This document shows, in pieces, positions 51,783 to 63,354 of a DNA stretch of 64,000 nt. The position numbers and the translations under genes are program-made. The DNA lies in NCBI GenBank assembly GCA_001508005.1, contig LGEZ01000009.1:2493-66492 (forward strand), in the 5' to 3' direction. Positions within the stretch are counted from its first letter, which is position 1. Each line of letters begins with the position of its first letter. This stretch comes from Clostridia bacterium 41_269 (GTDB lineage: Bacteria > Bacillota > DTU086). The notes below the pieces were generated by a model that had not been told where the DNA came from, did no database searches, and saw nothing but the letters and a program-made list of their open reading frames with translations.

Positions 51783-51811
51783 TTGACTAGTTGTAATCTT
51801 TGACAGATAAT
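51783..51811 (+). promoter_or_regulatory. sigmaA promoter
   Basis: TTGACT-N17-GATAAT. Confidence 0.6.
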
Positions 51812-51865
51812 TTAACTTAAAACGGATGATATAAAGGTTAAATATGGGAAAGCGGTGAATGGTGA

Positions 51866-53206
51866 TTGGGAGGGGGAGGTCTGCTTACCGTAAAAGATGT
51901 GGAACCCCAAAGCATTGCCGAAGAAGTAGGTATTGAACCGGGAGATATTTTAATAAGCATAAACGGTTCTCAAGTAAAAGATATAATTGATTATTATTAC
52001 CTAACTTCTGAAGAGCTTTTGGATATAGAAATAAAAAAATCTACTGGCAGCATCTGGGCTTTAGAAATAGAAAAGGATCCTGATGAAGATCTGGGATTAA
52101 AGTTTAAAAATCATTTTCCTGGAGGTATACGAAGATGCAGCAATAACTGTATCTTTTGTTTTATAAACCAGCTGCCTCCAGGAATGAGAAAAAGCCTGTA
52201 TATAAAAGATGATGATTACCGTCATTCTTTTTTGTATGGCAACTACATTTCTTTAACCAATCTTAAACAGGAAGATTGGGAGCGAATTGCCAAATTTAAA
52301 CTCAGCCCCCTATACGTTTCTGTCCACACCACAAATCCTCGGCTGAGGGCCAAAATGATGCGCAACCCTGCAGCATCAAAAATAATGGGGCAGCTTAGTT
52401 ATCTTAGGGAAGCAGGAATTGCAGTTCATGCCCAGGTTGTTCTCTGTCCAGGCGTAAATGACGGTATGCAGCTGGAAAGGACTCTCCGGGATCTTTTTAC
52501 TTTTTGGCCCACGGTACTTTCCGTAGCAGTGGTTCCTGTAGGAGTAACAAAATATCAGAAGTATGAAAGCCCATTTTTCCCTGTTAATAAAGAAAAAGCC
52601 AGAGAAACTGTAGAGCTTGTGGAACAGCTGCAGAAAGAATTCAAAAAGACAGCGGGGACCAATTTTGTATTTCTAGCCGATGAATTTTATTTAAAAGCGG
52701 ATAAAACGCTGCCTCCTGCAGAATATTATGAGGATTTTCCTCAAATAGAAAATGGTGTGGGTTTGGTGCGCATTTTTTTGGATGATTTTAAAAAGCTGCT
52801 CAAAAAACTTCCTTCCCTCATAAATGAACGAAACACCGCAGTAATTACAGGTAAGGCTATGGAGAGTATTATGAAGGAACTTTGTGCAGAGCTGGAGAAT
52901 AGAGTGCGGGGACTTACAGCAGATGTTTTGGCGGTGGAGAACAGATTTTTTGGTACTACTGTGGATGTGGTGGGGCTTCTTACGGGTAGAGATATAGCTG
53001 CTGCTGTTAAAGAATATCTGGATAATAAAAGAGGAAAGGATATAGTGTTTCTGATACCCTCAGTTATGCTTAAAGGAGGTAAAAGTTTATTTTTAGATGG
53101 AATGTCAGTTAAGGATTTGCACCAGGTAACTGGGGCAGTTATAAAAGTGGTAGAAAATTCTGCCAGTGGTCTTATATCAGGGGCTCTGGGTCAGGAGGTA
53201 GGATAA
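51866..53206 (+). CDS. DUF512 protein (PDZ plus radical-SAM-like)
   Basis: N-terminal PDZ, CSNNCIFC, KDDDYR, QIENGVG. Confidence 0.88.
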   Translation: MGGGGLLTVKDVEPQSIAEEVGIEPGDILISINGSQVKDIIDYYYLTSEELLDIEIKKSTGSIWALEIEKDPDEDLGLKFKNHFPGGIRRCSNNCIFCFINQLPPGMRKSLYIKDDDYRHSFLYGNYISLTNLKQEDWERIAKFKLSPLYVSVHTTNPRLRAKMMRNPAASKIMGQLSYLREAGIAVHAQVVLCPGVNDGMQLERTLRDLFTFWPTVLSVAVVPVGVTKYQKYESPFFPVNKEKARETVELVEQLQKEFKKTAGTNFVFLADEFYLKADKTLPPAEYYEDFPQIENGVGLVRIFLDDFKKLLKKLPSLINERNTAVITGKAMESIMKELCAELENRVRGLTADVLAVENRFFGTTVDVVGLLTGRDIAAAVKEYLDNKRGKDIVFLIPSVMLKGGKSLFLDGMSVKDLHQVTGAVIKVVENSASGLISGALGQEVG

Positions 53207-54522
53207 TGGCAAAGCCGGTAGTAGCAATTGTAGGTAGGGCCAATGTGGGCAAATCAACATTGTTCAACAGAATAACTGGGGGAAGAGTTTCTATTGTGGA
53301 GAACACACCCGGAGTTACTAGAGATAGGGTATATAGAGACGTGGAATGGACAGGAGTAAAATTTACAATTGTGGATACCGGGGGTATTGAAATTCGCGAC
53401 CAGGATGATATAATCGGCAATCAGGTTAGGCGCCACGCTCAGATAGCTGCTGAAGAAGCTGATGTTTTGATATTCTTAGTGGATGCAAAAACAGGGATTA
53501 CCAGAGAAGATGAAGTTGTTGCTAAAACACTTCTTAAAAGCTCTAAGCCAGTTGTCCTTGCTGTAAATAAAGTTGATGATCCTTTGAGGGAAAATGAAGT
53601 TTACGATTTTTATAAGCTTGGTCTTGGAGAACCCATAGCTATTTCTGCTGAGCATGGAATTAATATTGGGGATCTTTTGGATAGGGTTGTATCCTTTATA
53701 AAGGACAAAAAAGTGGAAGAGGAATATGAAGGAGATGCAGTAAAAGTTGCCGTAGTAGGAAGGCCCAATGTGGGAAAATCATCCTTAGTAAACAGACTTC
53801 TCGGCACCGAAAGAGTTATTGTCAGCGATATACCAGGAACTACCCGTGATGCAGTGGATACCTTCTTTAAACGGGGCGATAAGTCATATGTGCTCATAGA
53901 TACTGCTGGTATACGCAGAAAGTCAAGGATTACGGATACCACTGAAAAGTACAGCGTGAATCGTGCTTTTAAGGCTGTTCAGAGGGCGGATGTTGTTTTG
54001 GTTGTTATAGATGCTGCTGAAGGGGTGACGGATCAGGATAAACGCATTGCCGGGTTTGCTCATGAAGCTGGTAAAGCAGTCATTATAATCGTAAATAAAT
54101 GGGATCTTATTGAAAAAGATGAACGGACCATGGAATATTATGATGCATATCTTAGAAAAGAGCTGAGTTTTATTTCTTATGCTCCAAGTCTGTATGTTTC
54201 AGCCCTTACAAATCAAAGGGTTCCAAAAATTTTTGATCTCATAGATTTTGTTGCAGAGCAGGCCAGTTTAAGGGTTCAAACGAGCAAAATAAACGCGCTG
54301 CTGCAGGAGGCCTTTATAAAACATCCTCCTCCCTCATATAAAGGGAAGCGGCTGAAATTATATTATGCTACCCAGGTTAAAGTTCAGCCGCCTACATTTT
54401 TAATGTTTGTGAATGACCCGAATTTGATACCCACTGCATACCGCCGTTATCTTGAAAACAGCATACGTAAGGAATTCGGTTTTGAGGGTACACCCATTCG
54501 AATTGTGGCTAAGAAAAAATAG
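53206..54522 (+). CDS. der: ribosome biogenesis GTPase Der
   Basis: Two G domains (GRANVGKS, GRPNVGKS), FGFEGTPI. Confidence 0.97.
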   Translation: MAKPVVAIVGRANVGKSTLFNRITGGRVSIVENTPGVTRDRVYRDVEWTGVKFTIVDTGGIEIRDQDDIIGNQVRRHAQIAAEEADVLIFLVDAKTGITREDEVVAKTLLKSSKPVVLAVNKVDDPLRENEVYDFYKLGLGEPIAISAEHGINIGDLLDRVVSFIKDKKVEEEYEGDAVKVAVVGRPNVGKSSLVNRLLGTERVIVSDIPGTTRDAVDTFFKRGDKSYVLIDTAGIRRKSRITDTTEKYSVNRAFKAVQRADVVLVVIDAAEGVTDQDKRIAGFAHEAGKAVIIIVNKWDLIEKDERTMEYYDAYLRKELSFISYAPSLYVSALTNQRVPKIFDLIDFVAEQASLRVQTSKINALLQEAFIKHPPPSYKGKRLKLYYATQVKVQPPTFLMFVNDPNLIPTAYRRYLENSIRKEFGFEGTPIRIVAKKK

Positions 54523-54551
54523 GCTGGAAAATTTCCTCTGGGGGTTAATTT

Positions 54552-55145
54552 ATGAAGCTGGCATTTATTATCATTTTAAATTACCTAGTAGGATCCATTC
54601 CCTTTGCGTATATTGCAGGAAAAGTACTAAAAGGGATTGATATCAGGGAATATGGCAGCGGAAATGTGGGGGCTACCAACGCATTTCGAGTTTTGGGAAC
54701 TGGACCAGGAATTTTTGTCTTTGCAGCGGATACCCTAAAAGGTGTTTTCGGGGTATACCTAGCGAAAATGTTTCTTGCTGATCTCTGGCTTGTTGTTGCA
54801 GCTTCTCTAGCAGTTATTATTGGGCATTCATATTCAGTTTTTTTAGGATTTAAAGGGGGACGGGGAGTAGCTACGGGAGCAGGTATTATTCTTTCCCTTT
54901 CACCCCGTGTTCTGTTGCTGGCACTGATATTGTTTGTTATTATTGTCTTAACGACCAAATATGTTTCTTTGGGGTCCATAACTGCAGCTTTTTCACTTCC
55001 CATTTTAATGTTTATTTTTAACGAACCAGCTCCCATTAAGCTGCTGGGCTTCGCAGCTGCTGTGCTGGTTATCTACCGGCATAAACCAAACATTAAGCGT
55101 TTACTGGAAGGGACCGAAAGTAAAATTACCGACAGATTTCGGTGA
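54552..55145 (+). CDS. plsY: glycerol-3-phosphate acyltransferase
   Basis: GSGNVGATN, FKGGRGVAT, HKPNIKRLLEGTE. Confidence 0.95.
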   Translation: MKLAFIIILNYLVGSIPFAYIAGKVLKGIDIREYGSGNVGATNAFRVLGTGPGIFVFAADTLKGVFGVYLAKMFLADLWLVVAASLAVIIGHSYSVFLGFKGGRGVATGAGIILSLSPRVLLLALILFVIIVLTTKYVSLGSITAAFSLPILMFIFNEPAPIKLLGFAAAVLVIYRHKPNIKRLLEGTESKITDRFR

Positions 55146-55161
55146 TTAATGTGAGGGGAGT

Positions 55162-56202
55162 ATGCCATTGAGGAAGGTAGCAGTACTTGGGGCGGGAAGT
55201 TGGGGTACTGCCCTGGCTATTACCTTAGCCGGCAAGGGTTTTAAGGTAATGCTTTGGGCAAGAAAAAGTGAAGATGCGGAAATGCTCAACCAAAAAAGAG
55301 AAAATTTAAAATATTTAAAGGGATGCTTAATTCCTGATAATGTTGAGGCCACTTCCAACCTAGAAAAAGCGCTGGAAGGTGCAGAAGCTGTAGTATTAAG
55401 TGTTCCTTCTCATGCAGTAAGGGAAGTGGTAAGAAAATGCAGAAAAAAAATTGAAAGGGAAGCAGTACTGATAAATACAGCAAAGGGGCTTGAACTGGAG
55501 ACATTGAAAAGGCTTACAGAAGTGATGAAAGAAGAACTGCCAGATTATTTAGGAGAAAGGATTGCAGTTCTTTCAGGTCCCAGCCATGCTGAAGAAGTGG
55601 GAGTTGGTATGCCTACAACGGTGGTTGCTTCAGCATACAATAATCAGGTTGCTGAATATGTACAGGATTTATTTATTACCAGCAGGTTTAGGGTATATAC
55701 CAATCCAGATGTTATCGGAGTGGAATTAGGTGGTGCTTTAAAAAACGTCATTGCCCTGGCTACAGGGATATCCGATGGTCTTGGTTTTGGTGACAATACC
55801 AGGGCTGCGCTGATGACACGGGGGATTGCAGAAATAAGCAGGCTGGGGATTAGAATGGGTGCAAGCCCGTTAACCTTTGCAGGACTTGCTGGAATTGGAG
55901 ATTTAATAGTTACCTGTACCAGCAGGCACAGCCGAAACAGGCGTGCTGGGATTCAGCTGGGGCAGGGTAAAAAACTTGATGAAGTGTTGGAGGATATGGG
56001 AATGGTGGTAGAAGGGGTTAAGACCACTAAAGCAGCTTATGAACTGTCCCGCAGATATGGAGTGGAAATGCCCATAACAGAACAGGTCTACGGAGTTCTT
56101 TTTGAAGGGCGTGACCCCAAAAAAGGCGTAAATAAACTTATGGGCAGAGTAAAAACTAAAGAAGTGGAAGAAGTGGTTCTGTACAGGCAAAAATGGCAGT
56201 GA
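55162..56202 (+). CDS. gpsA: NAD(P)H-dependent glycerol-3-phosphate dehydrogenase
   Basis: [39 protein letters not shown]. Confidence 0.96.
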   Translation: MPLRKVAVLGAGSWGTALAITLAGKGFKVMLWARKSEDAEMLNQKRENLKYLKGCLIPDNVEATSNLEKALEGAEAVVLSVPSHAVREVVRKCRKKIEREAVLINTAKGLELETLKRLTEVMKEELPDYLGERIAVLSGPSHAEEVGVGMPTTVVASAYNNQVAEYVQDLFITSRFRVYTNPDVIGVELGGALKNVIALATGISDGLGFGDNTRAALMTRGIAEISRLGIRMGASPLTFAGLAGIGDLIVTCTSRHSRNRRAGIQLGQGKKLDEVLEDMGMVVEGVKTTKAAYELSRRYGVEMPITEQVYGVLFEGRDPKKGVNKLMGRVKTKEVEEVVLYRQKWQ

Positions 56203-56311
56203 TAAAAGCTGCCTTTTTTATTTTTATTATCTTTTCTGAAACCTCTCATGATTTTTTCGCCTGAAATTTTTCCAGGTTATTTAAAAAAATCTTTTTATAG
56301 GTCTTTTTTAG

Positions 56312-56340
56312 GTAATATTCGGAATTTCCTTTCATATATA
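56312..56340 (+). promoter_or_regulatory. sigmaE-like promoter of spoIVA
   Basis: GTAATATT-N13-CATATATA. Confidence 0.55.
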
Positions 56341-56503
56341 TATGTAACGTTAATAAGTGCCAAATACAGGAACCAAAAATGATAGAACACCAATGAACTG
56401 TTTTGTGATTAATCCTTTAAAGGAGGGATAGGGTGCTGTGAACTGTTTTTTCTGCATCTTTCTTTATATTCATCCAATTCATATAGGGGGAGGGAACTGC
56501 TGA

Positions 56504-57982
56504 ATGGAAAATTATGACATCTTCCGGGATATAGCTGAAAGAACAGGGGGAGATATTTATATTGGAGTAGTAGGTCCTGTTAGAACCGGTAAATCCACTT
56601 TTATAAAGAGATTTATGGATCTTTTGGTAATACCAAATATTAAAAATCCCAATGTTAGGGAACGGGCAATAGATGAGCTCCCCCAGAGCGGTGCAGGAAA
56701 AACCATAACCACAACAGAGCCTAAATTTGTCCCCGATGAAGCCGTTGAAGTAGAAATTAAGGAAGGCTTAAAAATTAAGGTAAGGCTGGTGGACTGTGTA
56801 GGTTACACCGCTGAAGGTGCTTTGGGCTATGAAGAAGAGAATGGACCCCGTATGGTGAAAACTCCTTGGTCCGATGAAGAAATGCCCTTCCAGGAAGCTG
56901 CAGAAATGGGCACCCGCAAAGTAATTGAGGATCATTCAACTATAGGGATTGTGGTTACCACAGATGGCAGCATTACGGAGATACCCCGCGAAAACTATGT
57001 AGGAGCCGAAGAGCGGGTTATTTGGGAATTGAAGGAGCTGGGCAAGCCTTTTATTGTGATTTTAAACTCTGTCCATCCTATGCGGCAGGATACTGTGGAG
57101 CTTGCCCATGAACTTGAAGAGCGGTATGATGTGCCTGTTCTTCCACTTAATTGCCTTAAAATGGAAGAAAAAGACATTTTAGGCATTTTAGAAGAAGTGC
57201 TCTATGAATTCCCTATAGCAGAAGTTAATATTAACCTGCCCAAATGGATTGAAGAATTGGACAGTGATCACTGGCTGCGCCAAAAATTCGAGGAAGCCGT
57301 CCGCTCAGCTGTTGCTGATGTACAGCGTCTGAGAGATATAGACGAAGCTGTGGAAAATTTGGCTCAGTGCGAATATGCTGGCAGAGTTGCACTTAGAGAA
57401 ATGAATCTGGGAACTGGAGCTGCTACAATTCAGGTTAAATCTAAAGATGGTTTATTCTATAAAGTTTTGGAAGAAGCAACGGGCTTTGATATTGAAGGAG
57501 AGCACAAACTTCTCAAATTAATGAAGGAACTTGCTGTTGCCAAACGGGAATATGATAAGATTGCTTTTGGACTGCAGGAAGTTAGGTCAACTGGTTATGG
57601 TGTGGTTATTCCCACAGTTGATGAAATTGTTTTGGAAGAACCGGAAATAATGAAACAGGGCGGCCGTTCAGGAGTAAAGCTAAAGGCAACAGCTCCATCA
57701 TATCATTTAATAAGAGCAGACATAAGCACTGAAATAACACCCCTAATAGGTACAGAGAAGCAGTGTGAGGAATTGGTGCAGTGGATACTTGAAGAGTTTG
57801 AAGACAATCCAGAGAAGATCTGGGAGACAAATATTTTCGGCAAATCCCTGCATGATCTGGTAAGGGAAGGAATTCAAAGCAAACTGTACAGGATGCCAGA
57901 AAATGCCCAGATAAAACTTCAGGAAACTTTAGAAAGAATAATAAATGATGGTGGCGGGGGTCTAATATGCATCATTATTTAA
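56504..57982 (+). CDS. spoIVA: stage IV sporulation protein A
   Basis: 492 aa; GVVGPVRTGKSTFIK, TTEPKF, GGGLICII. Confidence 0.97.
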   Translation: MENYDIFRDIAERTGGDIYIGVVGPVRTGKSTFIKRFMDLLVIPNIKNPNVRERAIDELPQSGAGKTITTTEPKFVPDEAVEVEIKEGLKIKVRLVDCVGYTAEGALGYEEENGPRMVKTPWSDEEMPFQEAAEMGTRKVIEDHSTIGIVVTTDGSITEIPRENYVGAEERVIWELKELGKPFIVILNSVHPMRQDTVELAHELEERYDVPVLPLNCLKMEEKDILGILEEVLYEFPIAEVNINLPKWIEELDSDHWLRQKFEEAVRSAVADVQRLRDIDEAVENLAQCEYAGRVALREMNLGTGAATIQVKSKDGLFYKVLEEATGFDIEGEHKLLKLMKELAVAKREYDKIAFGLQEVRSTGYGVVIPTVDEIVLEEPEIMKQGGRSGVKLKATAPSYHLIRADISTEITPLIGTEKQCEELVQWILEEFEDNPEKIWETNIFGKSLHDLVREGIQSKLYRMPENAQIKLQETLERIINDGGGGLICIII

Positions 57983-58012
57983 AGTCGGTTTTAAAACCGG
58001 CTTTTATTTTTT
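57981..58012 (+). terminator. terminator after spoIVA
   Basis: AAAGTCGGTT/AACCGGCTTT plus T-rich tail. Confidence 0.7.
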
Positions 58013-58096
58013 ATGAAATCATAAGTATAATAGAGAAAAAACCATAGATGAAGGCAGGATTATTATTTTTTTTGGAGTAAGCATAAATATTGGACT

Positions 58097-58165
58097 ATGA
58101 CAATTTTTTTTTTGCTGCTGTAAAATGTCTACCGTATGAAGAAAAATGTTTTTTTCAGATAGACT
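58097..58165 (+). promoter_or_regulatory. sigmaA-like promoter plus tandem candidate operator
   Basis: ATGACA-N18-TAAAAT; two imperfect TGTCTA-N7-TAGACA sites at 58126 and 58147. Confidence 0.45.
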
Positions 58166-58187
58166 TATGCTGCAGGGGGGAGTCCCT

Positions 58188-58634
58188 TTGCCCAAGGAAG
58201 AGGAAAGATATTTTTTAGTAAAAAGCTCCATACTGCCTGAAGCGGTACGTAAAACAGTGGAGGCAAAGGAGCTTTTGGAACGCGGTGAGGCTTCCACGGT
58301 TAACGAAGCAGTGGCAAAGGTTGGTATAAGCAGGAGCGCTTACTACAAGTACAAAGATGGGGTTTTTCCATATTATGCTGCGAGCAGGGGTAAAATTGTC
58401 ACCATTGCACTTATTTTGGAGCACAGAGCAGGGATTCTCTCCGGGATACTAAATGCTCTTGCAAGGGAAGGAGCAAATATTCTAACCATAAACCAGAGCA
58501 TACCCCTTAGGGGTTTGGCTAATGTCAGTATTTCCATTGAAACAGCAGAAATGAAAACAGATTTAGAAAGCCTCCTTCTTACTCTTAGAAAAGCTGAGGG
58601 GGCAAGGAAAGTGGAAGTAGTGGGCCACAGTTAA
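58188..58634 (+). CDS. thrR: HTH-ACT regulator of ThrR (PheB/UPF0735) family
   Basis: VGISRSAYYKYKD, ANILTINQSIP; heads hom-thrC-thrB; TTG 58188 after GGGGGAG. Confidence 0.82.
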   Translation: MPKEEERYFLVKSSILPEAVRKTVEAKELLERGEASTVNEAVAKVGISRSAYYKYKDGVFPYYAASRGKIVTIALILEHRAGILSGILNALAREGANILTINQSIPLRGLANVSISIETAEMKTDLESLLLTLRKAEGARKVEVVGHS

Positions 58635-58666
58635 AAAATGTATTTTTAACGGCAGGTGATGTAAAA

Positions 58667-59965
58667 ATGAATGAAAATTCAATAAAAATAGGTCTTCTTG
58701 GTCTTGGAACCGTTGGAAGTGGAGTTGTTGAAGTGCTCAATAAAAACAGCTCTGTTATACAGAAAAAAGTGGGCAGAAAAATTGAGATTAAAGGAATCCT
58801 AGTAAGGGATAAAGCCAAAAAAAGAAACATTGATGTACCCCAGCATCTTCTAACCACAAATCCCGATGATATATTAGAGGATCCAGAAATAGATATTGTG
58901 GTTGAAGTTATGGGAACCATTGATTTTGCCCGGCGGTACATACTTAAAGCCTTTGAGAATAAAAAGTCCGTTGTTACTGCCAATAAAGATTTGATAGCCC
59001 TTCATGGGAAGGAGCTCTTTGAGGCTGCAGAAAAGGCAGGAAGGGACCTTTTCTTTGAAGCCAGTGTGGCAGGGGGAATACCCATTATCCGACCTTTAAA
59101 GGAATGCCTTTCCGGCAACAGGATTTCCAGAATAATGGGGATTATAAACGGCACAACTAATTACATATTGACAAAAATGAGCAGGGATAATATGGAGTTT
59201 AATGATGCCCTGGCTGAAGCCCAAAGGCTTGGTTATGCAGAATCAGATCCCACTGAGGATATTGAAGGTTTTGATGCGGCCCGCAAAATAGCCATACTTG
59301 CCTCCATTGCTTTTAATTCCAGGGTTACCTATAAAGATGTTTATGTGGAAGGTATTACCAAAATTAATTCCTATGACATTAGGTATGCAGAAGAGCTGGG
59401 CTATGCAGTAAAACTTCTGGGCATTGCAAAGGAAGTGGATGGGGAACTGGACGTGCGGGTACACCCTGTTTTTATCCCCACTTCTCACGCCTTAGCCGCA
59501 GTCAGCGACGAGTTTAACGCTATTTTTGTTGAGGGGGATGCTGTGGGTGAAGCAATGTTTTACGGAAAAGGTGCGGGGAAGCTGCCCACTGCCAGCGCTG
59601 TAATTGGAGACATAATTTCTGCATCAAGAAACATTATTTTCGGAATGCCCGGTAGGGTGGGCTGTACATGTTTTGACCATAAAAAAATAAAACCCATACA
59701 GGAAGTGGAGTCAAAGTTTTATCTGAGGCTTCTCGTAAAGGATCAGCCCGGTGTTCTGGCATCCATTGCCGGGGTTTTTGGAAATTCAAACGTAAGCATT
59801 GCTTCGGTTATTCAAAAAAGAATTGAAGGGGATATGGCAGAAATTGTTCTTGTTACCCACAGAGTTAAGGAAGCAAATCTCCGGGATGCTTTGAAAATTA
59901 TAGAAGGGCTTTCGGTAGTGGGAAACATAGGAAACGTAATTAGAGTCGAAGGGAGCGATACCTAA
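58667..59965 (+). CDS. hom: homoserine dehydrogenase
   Basis: [29 protein letters not shown]-terminal ACT. Confidence 0.96.
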   Translation: MNENSIKIGLLGLGTVGSGVVEVLNKNSSVIQKKVGRKIEIKGILVRDKAKKRNIDVPQHLLTTNPDDILEDPEIDIVVEVMGTIDFARRYILKAFENKKSVVTANKDLIALHGKELFEAAEKAGRDLFFEASVAGGIPIIRPLKECLSGNRISRIMGIINGTTNYILTKMSRDNMEFNDALAEAQRLGYAESDPTEDIEGFDAARKIAILASIAFNSRVTYKDVYVEGITKINSYDIRYAEELGYAVKLLGIAKEVDGELDVRVHPVFIPTSHALAAVSDEFNAIFVEGDAVGEAMFYGKGAGKLPTASAVIGDIISASRNIIFGMPGRVGCTCFDHKKIKPIQEVESKFYLRLLVKDQPGVLASIAGVFGNSNVSIASVIQKRIEGDMAEIVLVTHRVKEANLRDALKIIEGLSVVGNIGNVIRVEGSDT

Positions 59966-61017
59966 TGGTATGGCAGGGGGTAATTTCCCAGTATAAAGAC
60001 TATCTGCCCGTAACTGACAGAACACCCCTGATCAGCTTAAAAGAGGGGAATACCCCTCTCATTAAATCCCGGAGCATATCAGAAATGGTGGGTGCCTGTG
60101 TTTATTTTAAGTTTGAGGGGATGAATCCCACCGGTTCCTTTAAGGACCGCGGAATGGTTATGGCTGTTGCCAAGGCGCTGGAAGAGAACGCAAAGGCCGT
60201 TATGTGTGCTTCTACAGGCAACACCTCAGCCTCTGCAGCTGCATATGCGGCATTATGCGGATTAAAGTGTTCAGTTGTTATTCCTGAAGGAAACATTGCC
60301 CTGGGTAAACTTGCCCAGGCACTGATCTACGGTGCCAAGGTTATACCTATAAAGGGAAGCTTTGATGATGCGCTGAGAATTGTTAGAAGCATAACTGAAA
60401 AACACCCCATTACACTGGTAAACTCCATTAATCCATACCGCATCGAAGGTCAGAAAACGGCTGCTTTTGAAATCTGCGATGTTCTAGGTGAAGCACCCGA
60501 TTACCTGGCCATTCCTGTGGGAAATGCGGGAAATATAACGGCTTACTGGAAGGGTTTTGTGGAATACTATGAGGCTAAACAGGTGGGTAGAAAACCGATT
60601 ATGCTGGGCTTTCAGGCAGAAGGGGCTGCGCCCATTGTTCGGGGGCATGTGGTTGAAAATCCCCAGACCATTGCTACTGCTATCAGAATAGGAAACCCTG
60701 CCAGCTGGAAAGGAGCGGTTAAAGCAGCTCAGGAATCCGGGGGCATAATTGATATGGTTTCCGACGAGGAGATAATTGAAGCCTATAAACTGCTGGCTTC
60801 AACGGAAGGGATTTTTGCTGAACCAGCTTCTGCTGCTTCCGTAGCCGGCGTTTTAAAATATGCAAAAAAGGGATTTTTCAAGAAAAAGAATAAAATTGTC
60901 TGCGTTTTAACAGGACACGGTCTAAAAGATCCCGACAATGCCATAAAAAATGTTAAAGAACCTGTTTCAGTACCTGCAGATGAAGAGGCAGTGCTGGATG
61001 TCATTTACGGAGAATGA
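59965..61017 (+). CDS. thrC: threonine synthase
   Basis: [32 protein letters not shown]. Confidence 0.96.
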   Translation: MVWQGVISQYKDYLPVTDRTPLISLKEGNTPLIKSRSISEMVGACVYFKFEGMNPTGSFKDRGMVMAVAKALEENAKAVMCASTGNTSASAAAYAALCGLKCSVVIPEGNIALGKLAQALIYGAKVIPIKGSFDDALRIVRSITEKHPITLVNSINPYRIEGQKTAAFEICDVLGEAPDYLAIPVGNAGNITAYWKGFVEYYEAKQVGRKPIMLGFQAEGAAPIVRGHVVENPQTIATAIRIGNPASWKGAVKAAQESGGIIDMVSDEEIIEAYKLLASTEGIFAEPASAASVAGVLKYAKKGFFKKKNKIVCVLTGHGLKDPDNAIKNVKEPVSVPADEEAVLDVIYGE

Positions 61018-61049
61018 AGTTTTAATTCAGTGAACGGAGGGAATTTTTC

Positions 61050-61976
61050 TTGACAAGGGTGAAGGTAAGGGTCCCTGCAACTAGTGCCAATTTAGGGCCT
61101 GGGTTCGACGTACTGGGCATGGCTTTGAATTTATACAACTTTATTGAAATGGAAGCAACAGACGGCGGGCTTGAAATTTTTGTAGAAGGGGAAGGGAAGG
61201 GAATTTTACCTGCAGACAGCCGCAGCATTGTATATGAAGTAGCCCAGAAAGTTTTTAAAACTGCAGGTTACAGCCCCAGGGGGATAAAAATTACCCTTAC
61301 AAACAGCATTCCCATTGCCAGAGGCCTTGGCAGCAGCGCTGCAGCTCTAATTGGGGGTGCTGTTGCTGCCAACGAGCTTTCCGGCGGAAAGCTTTCCCTG
61401 GAGGAATTAATTAATATTGCTTCGAGAATGGAAGGCCATCCAGATAATGTGGTGCCTGCAGCAGTGGGAGGGTTTACCATCTGTATAAATACGGAAAAGG
61501 ACGGTATAATTTTTAGGAAAATCGACCCTCCCAAGGTATATGCCGTGGCGGCTGTTCCATTTTTTGAACTGGCCACTAAAAAAGCAAGGAATGTGCTACC
61601 CAAAATGGTTTCCATGGGAGATGCAGTTTTCAACATTGGAAGGTCAAGCCTTCTTGTATATGCTTTACAGAAGGGAGAGTTTCAGCTTTTAAAAGATGTG
61701 ATGCAGGACAGGCTGCACCAGCCCTATCGGGTTTCATTGGTTCCTGGTTTGGAAGGGGTTTTTGAAGCAGCCCTTGATGCTGGAGCACTGGGAGTATTCC
61801 TCAGCGGTGCAGGACCAACGGTCATTGCATTGGTACAGGAAAAGGACCATATTGGCAGAATTAAATATTCCATGAAAGAGGCTTTTTCGAAGCATGGAGT
61901 TGACTGCCGCCTGCTGGAGCTGGAACCTGATGCCCATGGGGCAGTAATAATGGAAAATGATGGGGGTATTGTCTGA
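61050..61976 (+). CDS. thrB: homoserine kinase
   Basis: [34 protein letters not shown]. Confidence 0.96.
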   Translation: MTRVKVRVPATSANLGPGFDVLGMALNLYNFIEMEATDGGLEIFVEGEGKGILPADSRSIVYEVAQKVFKTAGYSPRGIKITLTNSIPIARGLGSSAAALIGGAVAANELSGGKLSLEELINIASRMEGHPDNVVPAAVGGFTICINTEKDGIIFRKIDPPKVYAVAAVPFFELATKKARNVLPKMVSMGDAVFNIGRSSLLVYALQKGEFQLLKDVMQDRLHQPYRVSLVPGLEGVFEAALDAGALGVFLSGAGPTVIALVQEKDHIGRIKYSMKEAFSKHGVDCRLLELEPDAHGAVIMENDGGIV

Positions 61977-61977
61977 A

Positions 61978-63216
61978 ATGGGGATAGTTGTTCAAAAATA
62001 CGGCGGTACTTCAGTGGGAAATCCCGAAAGAATTAAAAGGGTTGCAAAAAGGATAATAGAGTGCAGGAAAGCCGGCAACATGGTTGTTGCTGTAGTCTCT
62101 GCTTTGGGAGATACCACGGATAAGTTAATTGAACTTGCAAAACAGATAACCGATTCTCCGCCGGAAAGGGAAATGGACATGCTCCTTTCCACTGGGGAAC
62201 AGGTATCCATTGCTCTTCTGGCTATGGCTATAAAGTCAATGGGATGGGATGTAATATCCCTTACAGGTGCCCAGGTGGGGATACTTACCAATAATGTTCA
62301 CACCAAGGCTAAAATTATAGAAGTGAGCTGTGAAAGGCTGAAAAAAGAGCTTAATGAGGGTAAAATAGTTATCGTTGCTGGTTTCCAGGGGGTTACCTGT
62401 GATAATGAGATCACTACTCTGGGAAGAGGGGGATCTGATACCACTGCCGTTGCTGTGGCTGCTGCTTTGAAGGCGGATGTCTGCGAGATTTATACAGATG
62501 TGGACGGCGTTTACACAACGGATCCCCGCATGATACCTGAAGCACGGAAGCTGGATGTAATAACATATGATGAAATGCTTGAGATGGCAAGTTTAGGAGC
62601 CGGGGTTCTCCAGCCCAGGGCTGTTGAATTTGCTAAATTAAACAACGTTGTCCTGCACGTTCGTTCCAGTTTCAACTACAATGAAGGCACAATAGTTAAG
62701 GGGGAGAAAGAAGTGAGCGACAGCGGCATCCATAGAGAAAAGGAAATGGTGGTTACCGGAGTTGCTTATGATCTCAATACTGCCCGCATAGGCCTTTTTG
62801 ACGTGCCTGACAAACCGGGTATTGCAAAGAAAATCTTTACTGCCCTTGCAGAAAAAAACATAAACGTGGACATGATTATCCAGGGAGCAACCAGAAACGG
62901 CAGAACGGATATATCCTTTACCGTTGCAGAGGATGATGCGGATAAGGCTCTGGAAGTAATGAAGGAAATAGTAGAAGAAATTGGTATAAGCGGTGTTTCG
63001 TGTGATAAAGATGTGGCCAAAGTTTCCATTGTGGGGGCGGGTATGATAACCAATCCCGGAGTTGCAGCGGCCATGTTCCAGGCCCTGGCCGACGAAAATA
63101 TTAACGTCCAAATGATCAGTACATCGGAAATCAAAGTTTCCTGTATCATCAATAAAAAGGATACTGAGAAAGCGGTTAAGTCCATTCATAAAAAGTTTAA
63201 CTTAGAAGGAAATTAA
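61978..63216 (+). CDS. lysC: aspartate kinase
   Basis: [19 protein letters not shown], two ACT domains. Confidence 0.93.
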   Translation: MGIVVQKYGGTSVGNPERIKRVAKRIIECRKAGNMVVAVVSALGDTTDKLIELAKQITDSPPEREMDMLLSTGEQVSIALLAMAIKSMGWDVISLTGAQVGILTNNVHTKAKIIEVSCERLKKELNEGKIVIVAGFQGVTCDNEITTLGRGGSDTTAVAVAAALKADVCEIYTDVDGVYTTDPRMIPEARKLDVITYDEMLEMASLGAGVLQPRAVEFAKLNNVVLHVRSSFNYNEGTIVKGEKEVSDSGIHREKEMVVTGVAYDLNTARIGLFDVPDKPGIAKKIFTALAEKNINVDMIIQGATRNGRTDISFTVAEDDADKALEVMKEIVEEIGISGVSCDKDVAKVSIVGAGMITNPGVAAAMFQALADENINVQMISTSEIKVSCIINKKDTEKAVKSIHKKFNLEGN

Positions 63217-63242
63217 CTGGGATATAAAGATATGTTTTTTAT

Positions 63243-63276
63243 AAGCTTGGATACCTTGTCCAAGCTTTTTTATTTT
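63243..63276 (+). terminator. intrinsic terminator
   Basis: AAGCTTGGA/TCCAAGCTT plus T-tract. Confidence 0.8.
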
Positions 63277-63354
63277 TAAAAATTTTTTAATTTTTTTCTT
63301 GAGATAAACAAAAATTTACTTATAATTTTTTATAAATCTAAAGGAGCATAGAAA

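Noticed and set aside
793..63189. Many 60-180 aa minus-strand and alternate-frame ORFs
   Set aside because: Nearly all shadow well-supported + strand genes, and none has a recognisable motif
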